Part shown: piece by piece, positions 10,132-20,626 of the stretch
How positions within the stretch are numbered: the stretch's first letter is position 1
How the letters are laid out: each line of letters opens with the position of its first letter
Origin: Polyangiales bacterium
GTDB taxonomy: Bacteria; Myxococcota_A; Polyangia; Polyangiales; Ga0077539
DNA: 64,000 bases
Direction: 5' to 3'
NCBI GenBank assembly: GCA_044229975.1
Contig: JBGARZ010000002.1
Coordinates: forward strand, 416,001 to 480,000
Notes under the pieces: generated by a model
What the model was told of the DNA's origin: nothing
Database searches by the model: none
Seen by the model: only the letters and a program-made list of their open reading frames with translations
Made by a program: the position numbers and the translations under genes

Positions 10132-10147
10132 GAGCATCGGGTTTGCA
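10132..10147 (+). promoter_or_regulatory. Candidate sigma54 -24/-12 promoter for the SulP gene
   Basis: GAGCATCGGGTTTGCA vs consensus TGGCAC-N5-TTGCA: correct spacing and a perfect -12, but AG instead of GG at -24; lies just downstream of the activator boxes. Confidence 0.55.
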
Positions 10148-10193
10148 GTGGGGCCCTGGGCTCTCCCACCAACCGAAGGATCCCATCCCTCCG

Positions 10194-11795
10194 ATGTCGA
10201 CCCCGACCCTGTCCGCCGCCGCCGCTCCCGACGACGACTCACGCCCCGCCGACTCGGGGTCGCGCCCGCTCTCCCCGTTCAACTCGCTCGCCTACGACGC
10301 CCCGGCTGGTCTCGTGGTGTTTCTCGTGGCCCTGCCGCTGTGCCTCGGGGTCGCGCTCGCCTCGGGCGCGCCGCTGCTCTCCGGCCTCGTCGCCGGCTGC
10401 ATCGGCGGCATCCTCATCCCCTTCGTCTCGCGCGCGCCGCTCAGCGTCAGCGGCCCTGCGGCGGGCCTCGCCGCCATCGTCCTCGTCGGCATCCACAAGG
10501 TCGGCAGCTTCCCCGCCTTCTGCGCCGTGGTCTGCGTCGCCGGGCTCGTCCAGCTCGCGATGGGCCTCGCGCGCGCCGGGCAGATCGTCTCGTTCATCCC
10601 CCTCTCGGTCATCCGGGGAATGCTCTCTGCCATCGGGCTCCTGCTCATCCTCAAGCAGACCCCACACGCCATCGGCTACGACGCCGAAAACTTCGCCTCG
10701 GTGTCCTTCCAGGTCGACGGCGAGGGCAACACCTTCACCGTCCTGCGGCACGCCCTCTCGCGCCTGGAGTGGGGCGCGATGCTCGTGAGCGCGGCGTCCT
10801 TCGTCATCCTGCTGGGCCTGCCCCGCACGAAGCTCGCGAAGGTCACCTGGCTGCCGGGCGCCCTGCTCGTGGTCGTCGCCTCGACGCTCATCAACCTCGC
10901 CCTCCAGCGCTGGGCCCCTCACTTCGCGCTCGAACCACGGCACCTCGTCGCGGTCCCCATGGGCGGCCCGACCGAGCTCGCCCGCGAGCTCCACACCCCC
11001 GACTTCTCCGTCCTCCGCCGACCCGACGCGTGGGTGCTCGTCGTCACCATCGCCGTCGTCGCCAGCCTGGAGTCGCTGCTCTCGGTGCAGGCCATCGACA
11101 AGCTCGATCCCTTCAAGCGCAAGTCGCCGCCCAACCGCGAGCTCATCGCGCAGGGCCTCGCCAACGCCGTCTCCGGCCTCGTCGGCGGCCTGCCCGTCAC
11201 GGCCGTCATCGTGCGATCCAGCGCCAACCTCAACGCGGGCGGACGCACCCAGGCCGCGTCCTTCTTCCACGGCGTGCTGCTGCTCCTCGCGCTGCTCTTC
11301 CTCGGGCCGCTGCTCAACCGCATCCCCCTCGCGGCGCTCGCCACGATCCTCATCGTGACGGGCTACAAGCTGGCGACGCCCGCGCTCTTCAAGAGCATGT
11401 TTCGCCGCGGCTGGTCGCAGTTTCTGCCCTTCGTGCTGACCATCGCGGCCATCCTCCTCACCGACCTCCTCAAGGGCGTCATCGTCGGCATCGTCGTCGG
11501 CGTGATCTTCGCGCTACGCACCAGCGTGAAGGGCGCCCTGTCGGTGATCGACGTCGGCCGCACCCGCACGATCCGCTTCGAGAAGGACATCTACTTCTTC
11601 CACCGCCCCGCCCTCATGGCGGCGCTCGACGCCATCCCCGAGGGGTACACGCTCGTCGTCGACCGTGGCGCCGCCGACTTCGTCGAGGACGACGCTCTGG
11701 AGATCCTCCACGACCTCCAGTCCACGGCCGGCTCCAAGAACATCCGCGTCGAGATTCGCGGCCTCGAGCCGAAGGCCGGCGTCGGCGCGCACTGA
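10194..11795 (+). CDS. SulP/SLC26-family anion (probably bicarbonate) transporter with short STAS-like C-terminus
   Basis: DAPAGLVVFLVALPLCLGVALASG, SVSGPAAGL, NRELIAQGLAN, GGLPVTAVIVRSSAN; many TM helices. ATG at 10194 preferred over TTG at 10143. Confidence 0.93.
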   Translation: MSTPTLSAAAAPDDDSRPADSGSRPLSPFNSLAYDAPAGLVVFLVALPLCLGVALASGAPLLSGLVAGCIGGILIPFVSRAPLSVSGPAAGLAAIVLVGIHKVGSFPAFCAVVCVAGLVQLAMGLARAGQIVSFIPLSVIRGMLSAIGLLLILKQTPHAIGYDAENFASVSFQVDGEGNTFTVLRHALSRLEWGAMLVSAASFVILLGLPRTKLAKVTWLPGALLVVVASTLINLALQRWAPHFALEPRHLVAVPMGGPTELARELHTPDFSVLRRPDAWVLVVTIAVVASLESLLSVQAIDKLDPFKRKSPPNRELIAQGLANAVSGLVGGLPVTAVIVRSSANLNAGGRTQAASFFHGVLLLLALLFLGPLLNRIPLAALATILIVTGYKLATPALFKSMFRRGWSQFLPFVLTIAAILLTDLLKGVIVGIVVGVIFALRTSVKGALSVIDVGRTRTIRFEKDIYFFHRPALMAALDAIPEGYTLVVDRGAADFVEDDALEILHDLQSTAGSKNIRVEIRGLEPKAGVGAH

Positions 11796-11819
11796 CCGCG
11801 AACCCCGCGGCCCCTCCGA

Positions 11820-13285
<1,466 letters not shown>

Positions 13286-13289
<4 letters not shown>

Positions 13290-14755
13290 GCGCTCCTCTC
13301 CGGGTCGACCGGGAGCTCGATGCGAAACCTGGTGCCGCTCGCGTCGGACGACGCGACGGTGAGGTCACCCCCATGCAGCCGGGCCACCTCGCGTGCAAAC
13401 GCAAGCCCCAGCCCGATGCCCGCGGGGCGATCGATGGTGGCCACGGCGCTCGCGGAAAAAGGTCGAAACAGGTTGGCCCGCACTTCGTCGGCGATGCCCG
13501 GTCCGTGGTCGCTCACCTCGATCACCACCTTCCGCCGCGGGCCCTCCACGAGCGTTCGCTCGACCCGCACCGTAGCCCCCGCGCTCGACACCGAGACGGC
13601 GTTGCGGAGCAGGTTGGCGACCGCCCGCTCCACCAGCGCCGAGTCCATGTCCAGGGTCGGCGCCGTCCCCTCGCAGACCACCTCCACCACGACGCCGCGC
13701 TCGTCGGCCTCGGTGCGCTCGTCCTGCGCCGCGGCCGCCACCGCGCGGTCGACGTTGCCGCCGCCCTCGCGCATCACCGGGAGGCCCGAGCGCAGCCGCG
13801 ACATGTCCAGCAGCGCCTCGACGATGCGAACCTCCCGCTCGCACGCCCGCATCCCCAGGCTGACCACCCGCTCCTGCTGCGCGGTGAGGGGCCCCGCGGT
13901 GCCGTCGGCGAGCAGCCCGAGCGCCTCGCGCAGCCGCGTCAGCGGCGAGCGCAGCTCGTGCGACACGTTCGCCAGGAACGCGTGCTTCATCCGCTCCAGC
14001 TCCATGAGCCGCTCGCGCATGCGGTCGAGGTCGCTCCAGAGCGCCCGCACCTCCGCGGGGCCGTGGGCGTCGGGAATCGGCGCGAAGTCCCCCTCCCCGA
14101 CGCGCGTCGCGGCCCTCGCGAGCGACGCGATGGGCTCGGCCACGCTGCGCGCCGTCGAGCGCGCGATGACGATGGCCGCCAGCGCCGCGAGGAGCGCGAA
14201 CCCGAGGCCCGTCAGCGCCGTACGTACCCCGATGCGACGGGCCTCCTCCTCGCGCGCCCGGATGTCGCCGTGGAGCTGGTGCATCCGGGCGATCCAGGCG
14301 TCGGTCATGTCCTCGTCGAGGGCCGCGCGGAGGGCGTCGGTGCGCGGCGAGCGGAGGTTGGCGCAGACGTCCCCGGTGGTCACGCCGTCGGCGAGCGAGA
14401 CGTACCGACGCGCCGCCGCGAAGAGGGGCCGCGAGTCCTCCACGCGTCGGCTCCCGAGGACGCGGTGCAGCGCCTCCCGCGCGCGCTCGACGGAGGCCCG
14501 CACGTCGTGGTCGGGCGCGCCCGCCCCGCACGCCACGCGCCCGTGACGCACGCCCACCTCGATGGACCACGCGGCGCGGTGGAGTTCTTCCTCCGCGGCC
14601 ACCGTGGAGAGATGGTCATCGCGGATGTCGGTGATGAGCCCGAGCATCCGCACGAGGCCCTGCAGCGTGACCACGAGCAGGATGAGCAGGAAGGCCACGA
14701 AGGCGCCGTGGGTGATGCCAAGCTGGGTCGAGAGGCGCATTGGGGGGCGGACCAT
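13286..14755 (-). CDS. Sensor histidine kinase (2 TM, periplasmic domain, HAMP, HisKA, HATPase), GlrK-like
   Basis: FLANVSHELRSPL H-box, NLLRNA, DHGPGI, GIGLGL; overlaps the regulator start (ATGA). Start could be 14740. Confidence 0.93.
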
Positions 14756-14885
14756 CGAGCTGAACCGCTCGCGACTCTAGACCACGGCCGGTCCGGGAGT
14801 CGGGGTTTCGCCAGGAGGCGCGAGTTCGACAAGGTCCGACGAGCGCCTCGTGGCAACGTCACACCACCGCGCCGGGCTCACGGAC

Positions 14886-14938
14886 GCTGTCGGTGACCGC
14901 CGACAGCCGATGGCGCGCTCCGTCGGAGCGTCACGACA
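14886..14938. promoter_or_regulatory. Tandem GlrR-type activator boxes upstream of the carbonic anhydrase gene
   Basis: GCTGTCGG-tgaccg-CCGACAGC (14886-14907; core TGTC-N10-GACA at 14888-14905) and CGTC-N10-GACA at 14921-14938. Confidence 0.75.
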
Positions 14939-15002
14939 CCCGCCGCTCCGAGAGAGTGCACCGATCCCTTGATCGCCCGCGGAGAGCGCATCGCCACGTC
15001 GA

Positions 15003-15018
15003 CGGCACGGACCGTGGT
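15003..15018 (+). promoter_or_regulatory. Candidate sigma54 -24/-12 promoter for the carbonic anhydrase gene
   Basis: CGGCACGGACCGTGGT: strong GGCACG -24 element, but GG instead of GC at -12. Confidence 0.4.
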
Positions 15019-15031
15019 CTGTGGTCGTCCC

Positions 15032-15694
15032 ATGCGACGACTCCTCGACGGTCTCCAGCGGTACGAGCACTCGAAGAAGTCGGGATACGCCAGCCGCTTC
15101 GCGAAGCTCGCCCTCACTCAGTCTCCGCCGGTGATGCTTCTCACCTGCTCCGACAGCCGCCTGGTGCCCAACCTGTTCACGTCTTCCGGGCCGGGCGAGA
15201 TCTTCTTCGTTCGCAACATCGGCAACATCGTCCCCGCCTACGACGTCGACGGCGACGCGAGCGTGCCGGCGGCGATCCTGTACGGCGTCGACGTCCTCGG
15301 CGTGAGCGACATCGTCGTCTGCGGACACTCCGACTGCGGCGGCATGAAGGCCCTGCTCGCGCCCCCTCCCAGGGACCCTCACCTCCGCCGCTGGCTCTCC
15401 TACGGCACGGCCGCCGTCACCTCCTTCCACGAGCGCGGCGCCGGCGAGCCCTCGCGCGCCCTGCACGACCAGCTCTCGCAGTGGTCCGTGCTCCGGCAGG
15501 TCGAAAACCTCTCGCGCTACCCCTGCGTCCGCGAGCGGCTCGCGCAGGGCACCATCAACCTCCACGCGTGGTGGTTCGACATCGCCTCGGGCTCGGCGCT
15601 CGCCTACTCGGAAGCTGACGCCGCGTACATCCCCGCCGTCGATGACCTCTCGTCCCGCCTCGGGGACGACGAGTCTGCCCTCCACGTCGCCTGA
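15032..15694 (+). CDS. can: beta-class carbonic anhydrase
   Basis: TCSDSR, PGEIFFVRNIGN, CGHSDCGG Zn ligands; ATG at 15032 (MRRLLDG) fits the family N-terminus. Confidence 0.95.
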   Translation: MRRLLDGLQRYEHSKKSGYASRFAKLALTQSPPVMLLTCSDSRLVPNLFTSSGPGEIFFVRNIGNIVPAYDVDGDASVPAAILYGVDVLGVSDIVVCGHSDCGGMKALLAPPPRDPHLRRWLSYGTAAVTSFHERGAGEPSRALHDQLSQWSVLRQVENLSRYPCVRERLAQGTINLHAWWFDIASGSALAYSEADAAYIPAVDDLSSRLGDDESALHVA

Positions 15695-15754
15695 CCCGCC
15701 GCCATCTTGGGGTGTCGATCGCCGCGCCGCGGCGGTAGAGTCCACCCCCACACG

Positions 15755-16660
15755 ATGATTCGCATCTCCGTCCCGTGCTCGACGAGCAACCTGGGTCCGG
15801 GCTTTGACAGCCTCGGCCTCGCGCTCTCCCTCTCCCTCGACGTCGAGCTCCGCGCCGCCGACACCCTCTCGGTGACCCGCGAAGGCGATGAGCTCTTCCG
15901 CGCCGTCTCCGACGCCGACGACCTCTTCCTCCACGCCCTCCGCCGCCGCCGCGAGTCCCGCGCGCTGCCCGCTACGCCCTTCCGCGCGCTGCTCCGGAGC
16001 GCCATCCCGACGGGCCGCGGGCTCGGCTCGAGCGCGGCCGCCGTCGTCGCCGGCATCATGGCCGCCGACGCCCTCGCGGGCCGCGGACACGACCCGGTCG
16101 ACGTGCTCACGGCCGCGACGGAGATCGAGGGGCACCCCGACAACGCCGCGCCGGCCATCCTCGGCGGTCTCTGCTGCGCCGTGGTCGACCGGCAGGTCCA
16201 CGCCGCCTGCGTCGCGGGCCTCGCCGACGTGCGCGCGGTGGTCGCCTCCCCCGAAGGCGTCTTCGAGACCAAGCGCTCGCGCGGCGCCCTGCCGACGACG
16301 CTCGACCACCACGACGCGACGGCCAGCCTCGGGCGCGCCGTGTTTCTCTCCCACGCGCTGCGCGACGGCCGCACCGACGGCCTCGCCTGGGCCTTCCGCG
16401 ACGCGTTTCACCAGCCCTACCGCGCGCCGCTGCTGCCCGGGCTCGCCGAGGCCATCACGGCCGCCCACGAGGCCGGGGCCATCGGGGCATTCCTGTCGGG
16501 CGCGGGGTCGTCGTGCATCGCGCTGGTGCGCGACGAGCGCGCGGTCGTCGACCGTGTGTCGGCCGCCATCAAGGGCGCCTACGAGCGCGCCCGCACCCCC
16601 GTGACGCTGCGCTCGCTCACCGTCGACGCGCGCGGCGCCATGGTCACTCGCCACGGTTGA
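15755..16660 (+). CDS. thrB: Homoserine kinase (GHMP family)
   Basis: VPCSTSNLGPGFDSLGLAL, IPTGRGLGSSAAA, EGHPDN, HQPYR, SGAGS. Confidence 0.95.
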   Translation: MIRISVPCSTSNLGPGFDSLGLALSLSLDVELRAADTLSVTREGDELFRAVSDADDLFLHALRRRRESRALPATPFRALLRSAIPTGRGLGSSAAAVVAGIMAADALAGRGHDPVDVLTAATEIEGHPDNAAPAILGGLCCAVVDRQVHAACVAGLADVRAVVASPEGVFETKRSRGALPTTLDHHDATASLGRAVFLSHALRDGRTDGLAWAFRDAFHQPYRAPLLPGLAEAITAAHEAGAIGAFLSGAGSSCIALVRDERAVVDRVSAAIKGAYERARTPVTLRSLTVDARGAMVTRHG

Positions 16661-16726
16661 GCGGGCGGTGATTCGGCCCTCGCAGCGGTAGGCCCTTCGG
16701 CTATCCTCCGCCGCGAGCGAAGGGCG

Positions 16727-19700
16727 ATGGAGCAAGACACCCACTGCGAACACTGCGGCTTCGACCTGAGCCGCCTGGAGATGACGGTGCTCTTCGCGCG
16801 CAAGGGCGCCGAGCCCCGCAAGCTGCACTGCCCCATCTGCCGCAGCGATCGGGTGAAGATCCGCGCGCTGGAGCGGGTGTTCCCGCGGGCCGACTCGGGG
16901 CGCTGGGTGCGCTGGCGCGAGGGCGGCGTCGCGGGCCCGGCCAACGTCATCGCCGTCGGTCGGCTCAAGCTCCGCGTCGAGAGCGAGATCGAATCGCTCG
17001 CCAAGGAGCAGATCTGCTTCCGCGCGGTTCCGGTCTTCATGTCGGGGGGCGAGCGGCACATCCCGGTGCTGCCGGTGATGCCCGAGTACCTCGACTGCCT
17101 CGACCCGGCGCAGGTGCGCCTCGCCCGCGAGAAGCCCTCGCTCTTCGGCAGGGTCATCCAGGAGAAGGGCAAGTCCCGCTACCAGTGCGTGCTGCCGCTG
17201 CGTGGGCTCAAGCAGACCGAGTGGCCGACGTACGAGTGCGACCTGCTTCCGGCCAACCCCTTCTCGCCCAACGCCGGTGACGTCGACGCGGTGGCCTTCC
17301 GCGGCGTGACGCTGCGCGTGTGGCCCAACCTGCGGCGCCCCACCAACGCGTGGCGCTACTACGTCGCGGGCATCCACGCGGCGACCGAGGAGGGAATGGC
17401 GCTCTTCTCCCAGGGGCGAATGCTCCGCACGCGGATGCTCGTCCCGCCGAGCGACGCCGACGGTCGACCCACCAGCGAGACGAAGCTCGAAGTGGTCGCG
17501 CTCGATCAGGAGGTCGGCCGCGAAGGCGAGAGCGGTCCGACGGGCTACGTGGGCGCCACCCGCAAGGGGCGGCCCGCGTGGGTGAGCGTGGAGTTCATGC
17601 AGGCCACGCAGGGCGGCGGGGCCGAGCCCGTGGGCGGAGGTCTCTTCCCGCTCGCGCCACCGAGTGACGGGCTACCGAGCGACACGTGGTCCTTCGGCGT
17701 GGACTTCGGAACGTCCAACACCGTCGTCGCGGTGAAGCGCCGCGACGGCAACCTCCAGTGCGTCTCCCCGGAGCGCGGCCGCGACCGTGCGACGACCACG
17801 CTCAACCTCCTCGACGGCGGCCCTCCGACCATCCAGCGCGGCATCGATCTGTGGCCGGGCGGCGAGTGGTCCGGGCCCTATCACGACCTCCTCCCGAGCG
17901 AGCTCGGCTGCGTCCGCAAGTGGACCGACGTGGCCTCCGAGACGGCCATCAACGCGCTGTCCTTCGGCAAGGACTTCGGCGTCCCGTTGCGAGGCGCGTC
18001 GAGCGCGGTGTCGTCCGAGCACACCGTGAGCGAGTTCAAGTGGCTGCGCGCGGTGGAGAAGGACAAGAGCGCCCTCGCCCGCCGCGAGATCGTGCAGGCC
18101 CTCCAGTCGCGCTTCCTCGAAGCCGCGATGCTGATGACGGCGGCATCACTGCTGTCGGAGGAGGAAGCCTCGCCGCGTACGGTCAACGTCAACTACAGCT
18201 TCCCGCTGGCCTTCGACGAAGGCGACCTGGAGACGCTGCGCCTCGCCGCCGACGCCGCGGGCGAACGCCTCAAGCAGCTCACCGGCGCCGACTTCGTCTT
18301 CCCCGCGACGCCGCTCGTCGACGAGGCGCAGGCCGCGGCGGGGCACGCGTCATCCGACAAGATGTTCCGCGTGTACCTCGACCTCGGCGGCGGCTCGCTG
18401 GAGGTGCTCGTCGACGACACCCTGGCGCGCCACAACCACCAGGGCCACGCGGGGCTGCACCCCCACGTCTTCAGCTCATCGATCTTCTTCGGCGGCAGCG
18501 TGTACCTCCGCTCGCTCGTCGGCGCGGGCGAAGGCGATCGTCGCGGCGCGTGCGTGATGCCCGGCGTGGGCTCGTACACGCGCCTCGCGAGCGCGGTGCG
18601 TCAGAGCGTGTCGGCCAAGGCGCTCCTGGAGTCGCCCCACGTCATCGTCGAGGCGCGCAAGGCCACCGCCGAGCGACGCGCGCGGGTCTTCATCGGCTAC
18701 GTGGTGGAGTACGTCGCGCGCACGCTCGCGGGCGTCTGCCTTGAGCACGGCCGCACCGCCACTGGGGCGCTCGACCTGTCGCGCAACCGCCTCTTCTCGC
18801 TGACGGGGACGGGCTCGCAGCGGCGCTGGATTCTCGGCATCAACAAGGGCCCGCAGCAGCGGCGCGTGGTGGAGTTCTGCCTGGTGCTGCTGGGCAACGG
18901 CTGGGGCTTCGGCGACATCGTCCGCGACGGCATGAAGACCGTCGAGCAGATGATGGCCCATCGGGTCTATGAGCGGCTCCTGGAGCTGCTGCGCGAGACC
19001 GACATCGCGAGGGAGATCGGCGACGGGGAGTTCAACCTCCTGAGCGCCAACCTCGCGTTCGACATCTCCTTCGTGTTGCCCACCGAGGGGTCGCACCGCA
19101 AGGCCGCCGTCGCGCTCGGCCTGCTCGGCGCCCACCACAGCACAGAAGACGCCGCCCGCTTCTTCAAGAACCGCGCGCCCGAGCGCCACGGCGTCCTCGG
19201 CCTCGACCTCTGGCTCAACGACCAGAACCGTCGCATCCCCTGGTACCGACCGTTCGGCCCGCCCGCGCAGGACGACCCGAGCCAGTTCGAGTCCTTCGTG
19301 CCGGTCGTCGAAGCACCCGTTGCCGCGGTCGCACCCGTTGCCGCGGTTGCGCCGGTGGCTCCGATCATGCCCGCGATGCCGCCGATGGTTCCGCCGATGC
19401 CCGTCGTGATGCCCGCGCCCGTCGCGATGCCCGCGCCCATGGGCGCGGCGTATCCGGGCTTCGCGATGCCGCTGGAGATGGTCGCCTTCGCGCTGGTGCA
19501 GCAGTGGCCGATGCTTGCGGCGCAGGCGGCCGCGTCGGGCATCAACCCGGTGGAGTTCGCGCAGCGCCAGCTCTGGCAGCAGGTGGTGACGCAGGCCACG
19601 CAGGGAGCGCAGTCACCCGAGCGGCTGCTCGCGTCGCAGCAGTGGCAGAAGCTGATGCAGACGATGGTGATGCCGGGCATGACGCCCGAGCAGCTCGCGT

Positions 19701-19903
19701 GGGTGCAAAACCAGCAGATGACCTTCGTGTCGGCGCAGGCCGCGCAGCGCGGTCAGAGCCCCGAAGGCTTCCTCGCGGCGCAGCGCTGGGAGCAGCTCAT
19801 CGCGATGCTGACCCCGCCGCCCGACCCCACGTCCGGGGCTCTCCCGCCGATGCCCGGAATGCCTCCCATGCCCGGTATGCCCCCCTTCGGAGGAACCCGA
19901 TGA
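16727..19903 (+). CDS. Large protein: N-terminal Zn ribbon, divergent Hsp70/actin-fold (ASKHA) ATPase, Pro/Met/Gln-rich repeat tail
   Basis: CEHC...CPIC; FGVDFGTSNT (phosphate 1), YSFPLAF, VDEAQAA (connect), YLDLGGGS (phosphate 2), VLLGNG (adenosine-like). Confidence 0.8.
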   Translation: MEQDTHCEHCGFDLSRLEMTVLFARKGAEPRKLHCPICRSDRVKIRALERVFPRADSGRWVRWREGGVAGPANVIAVGRLKLRVESEIESLAKEQICFRAVPVFMSGGERHIPVLPVMPEYLDCLDPAQVRLAREKPSLFGRVIQEKGKSRYQCVLPLRGLKQTEWPTYECDLLPANPFSPNAGDVDAVAFRGVTLRVWPNLRRPTNAWRYYVAGIHAATEEGMALFSQGRMLRTRMLVPPSDADGRPTSETKLEVVALDQEVGREGESGPTGYVGATRKGRPAWVSVEFMQATQGGGAEPVGGGLFPLAPPSDGLPSDTWSFGVDFGTSNTVVAVKRRDGNLQCVSPERGRDRATTTLNLLDGGPPTIQRGIDLWPGGEWSGPYHDLLPSELGCVRKWTDVASETAINALSFGKDFGVPLRGASSAVSSEHTVSEFKWLRAVEKDKSALARREIVQALQSRFLEAAMLMTAASLLSEEEASPRTVNVNYSFPLAFDEGDLETLRLAADAAGERLKQLTGADFVFPATPLVDEAQAAAGHASSDKMFRVYLDLGGGSLEVLVDDTLARHNHQGHAGLHPHVFSSSIFFGGSVYLRSLVGAGEGDRRGACVMPGVGSYTRLASAVRQSVSAKALLESPHVIVEARKATAERRARVFIGYVVEYVARTLAGVCLEHGRTATGALDLSRNRLFSLTGTGSQRRWILGINKGPQQRRVVEFCLVLLGNGWGFGDIVRDGMKTVEQMMAHRVYERLLELLRETDIAREIGDGEFNLLSANLAFDISFVLPTEGSHRKAAVALGLLGAHHSTEDAARFFKNRAPERHGVLGLDLWLNDQNRRIPWYRPFGPPAQDDPSQFESFVPVVEAPVAAVAPVAAVAPVAPIMPAMPPMVPPMPVVMPAPVAMPAPMGAAYPGFAMPLEMVAFALVQQWPMLAAQAAASGINPVEFAQRQLWQQVVTQATQGAQSPERLLASQQWQKLMQTMVMPGMTPEQLAWVQNQQMTFVSAQAAQRGQSPEGFLAAQRWEQLIAMLTPPPDPTSGALPPMPGMPPMPGMPPFGGTR
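19313..19360 (+). repeat. In-frame 18-bp tandem repeat encoding APVAAV
   Basis: gcacccgttgccgcggtc / gcacccgttgccgcggtt / degenerate third copy. Confidence 0.8.
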
Positions 19904-20211
19904 GCCAAGACCCCAGAGTCCCCCCCGTCATCGGCACGCGTGACCTCTACCAGTTCGCCGAGGAGCCCATCGCGCAGAAGGTCCAGCTCACCATCCTCGA
20001 AACCCCGAAGATGCCCTCCGACCTTCCTGGGCCGTCGAAGATCGATCCGGGTCTCGAAGCCACCAAGGTCGCCGTTGAGGCCCAGCTCGCGCGCAACGCC
20101 ATCGCGCCGCTGCCGCTCGTTCCGCCCGCCTCGACGCGCTGGCTCCGCTTCTCTCCGCTCGAGCTCTTCATGGAGCACGTTCTCGCCCGCCGCCTCTGGA
20201 CCATCGAATAG
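19900..20211 (+). CDS. Hypothetical protein, 103 aa (MSQDPRVPP...RRLWTIE)
   Basis: ATGA overlap with the upstream stop; GGAGG at 19889-19893; GC3-biased codons. It is the C-terminal part of track ORF 19504..20211. Confidence 0.75.
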   Translation: MSQDPRVPPVIGTRDLYQFAEEPIAQKVQLTILETPKMPSDLPGPSKIDPGLEATKVAVEAQLARNAIAPLPLVPPASTRWLRFSPLELFMEHVLARRLWTIE

Positions 20212-20221
20212 GCCCATCGCC

Positions 20222-20626
20222 ATGGCACGCCCCCTCCGCGTCTCCGTCCGCTGTCCGCACGCCAAGCCCGAGGACCTCTGCTCCCTCCCGCCCGGCGTCC
20301 GCTACTGCCTCTGCTACGCCGACCAGCACCGCGAGCCCGTCGGCGTCGTGAGCGTGCAGCACGGACAGCTCCTCTGGTCGGTGCCCGTCGCGGGGAAGGC
20401 CCGCGGGCTCTACTCGTACGTCGCCGTCGTTCGGCAGGGCACCGTGCTCACGCCGGTCGAGTTGCAGGACGAGGTCGCCGTCCGCGAGACCGTCGAAAAC
20501 GGCCGCGCCATCTACATCCTCCGCGGCCCGCGCGATCAGCGCCTGGAGGTCGCCGCCGCCTCGCTCGTCGAGGCCGCCGTGGACAACCGCGAGTACGTCG
20601 ATGCCAGCGTCATCACCGCGCACTGA
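20222..20626 (+). CDS. Hypothetical protein, 134 aa, Cys-rich N-terminus and beta-rich remainder (MARPLRVSVRCPH...)
   Basis: ATG 10 bp after the previous stop; normal codon usage; fills the operon gap. Confidence 0.7.
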   Translation: MARPLRVSVRCPHAKPEDLCSLPPGVRYCLCYADQHREPVGVVSVQHGQLLWSVPVAGKARGLYSYVAVVRQGTVLTPVELQDEVAVRETVENGRAIYILRGPRDQRLEVAAASLVEAAVDNREYVDASVITAH

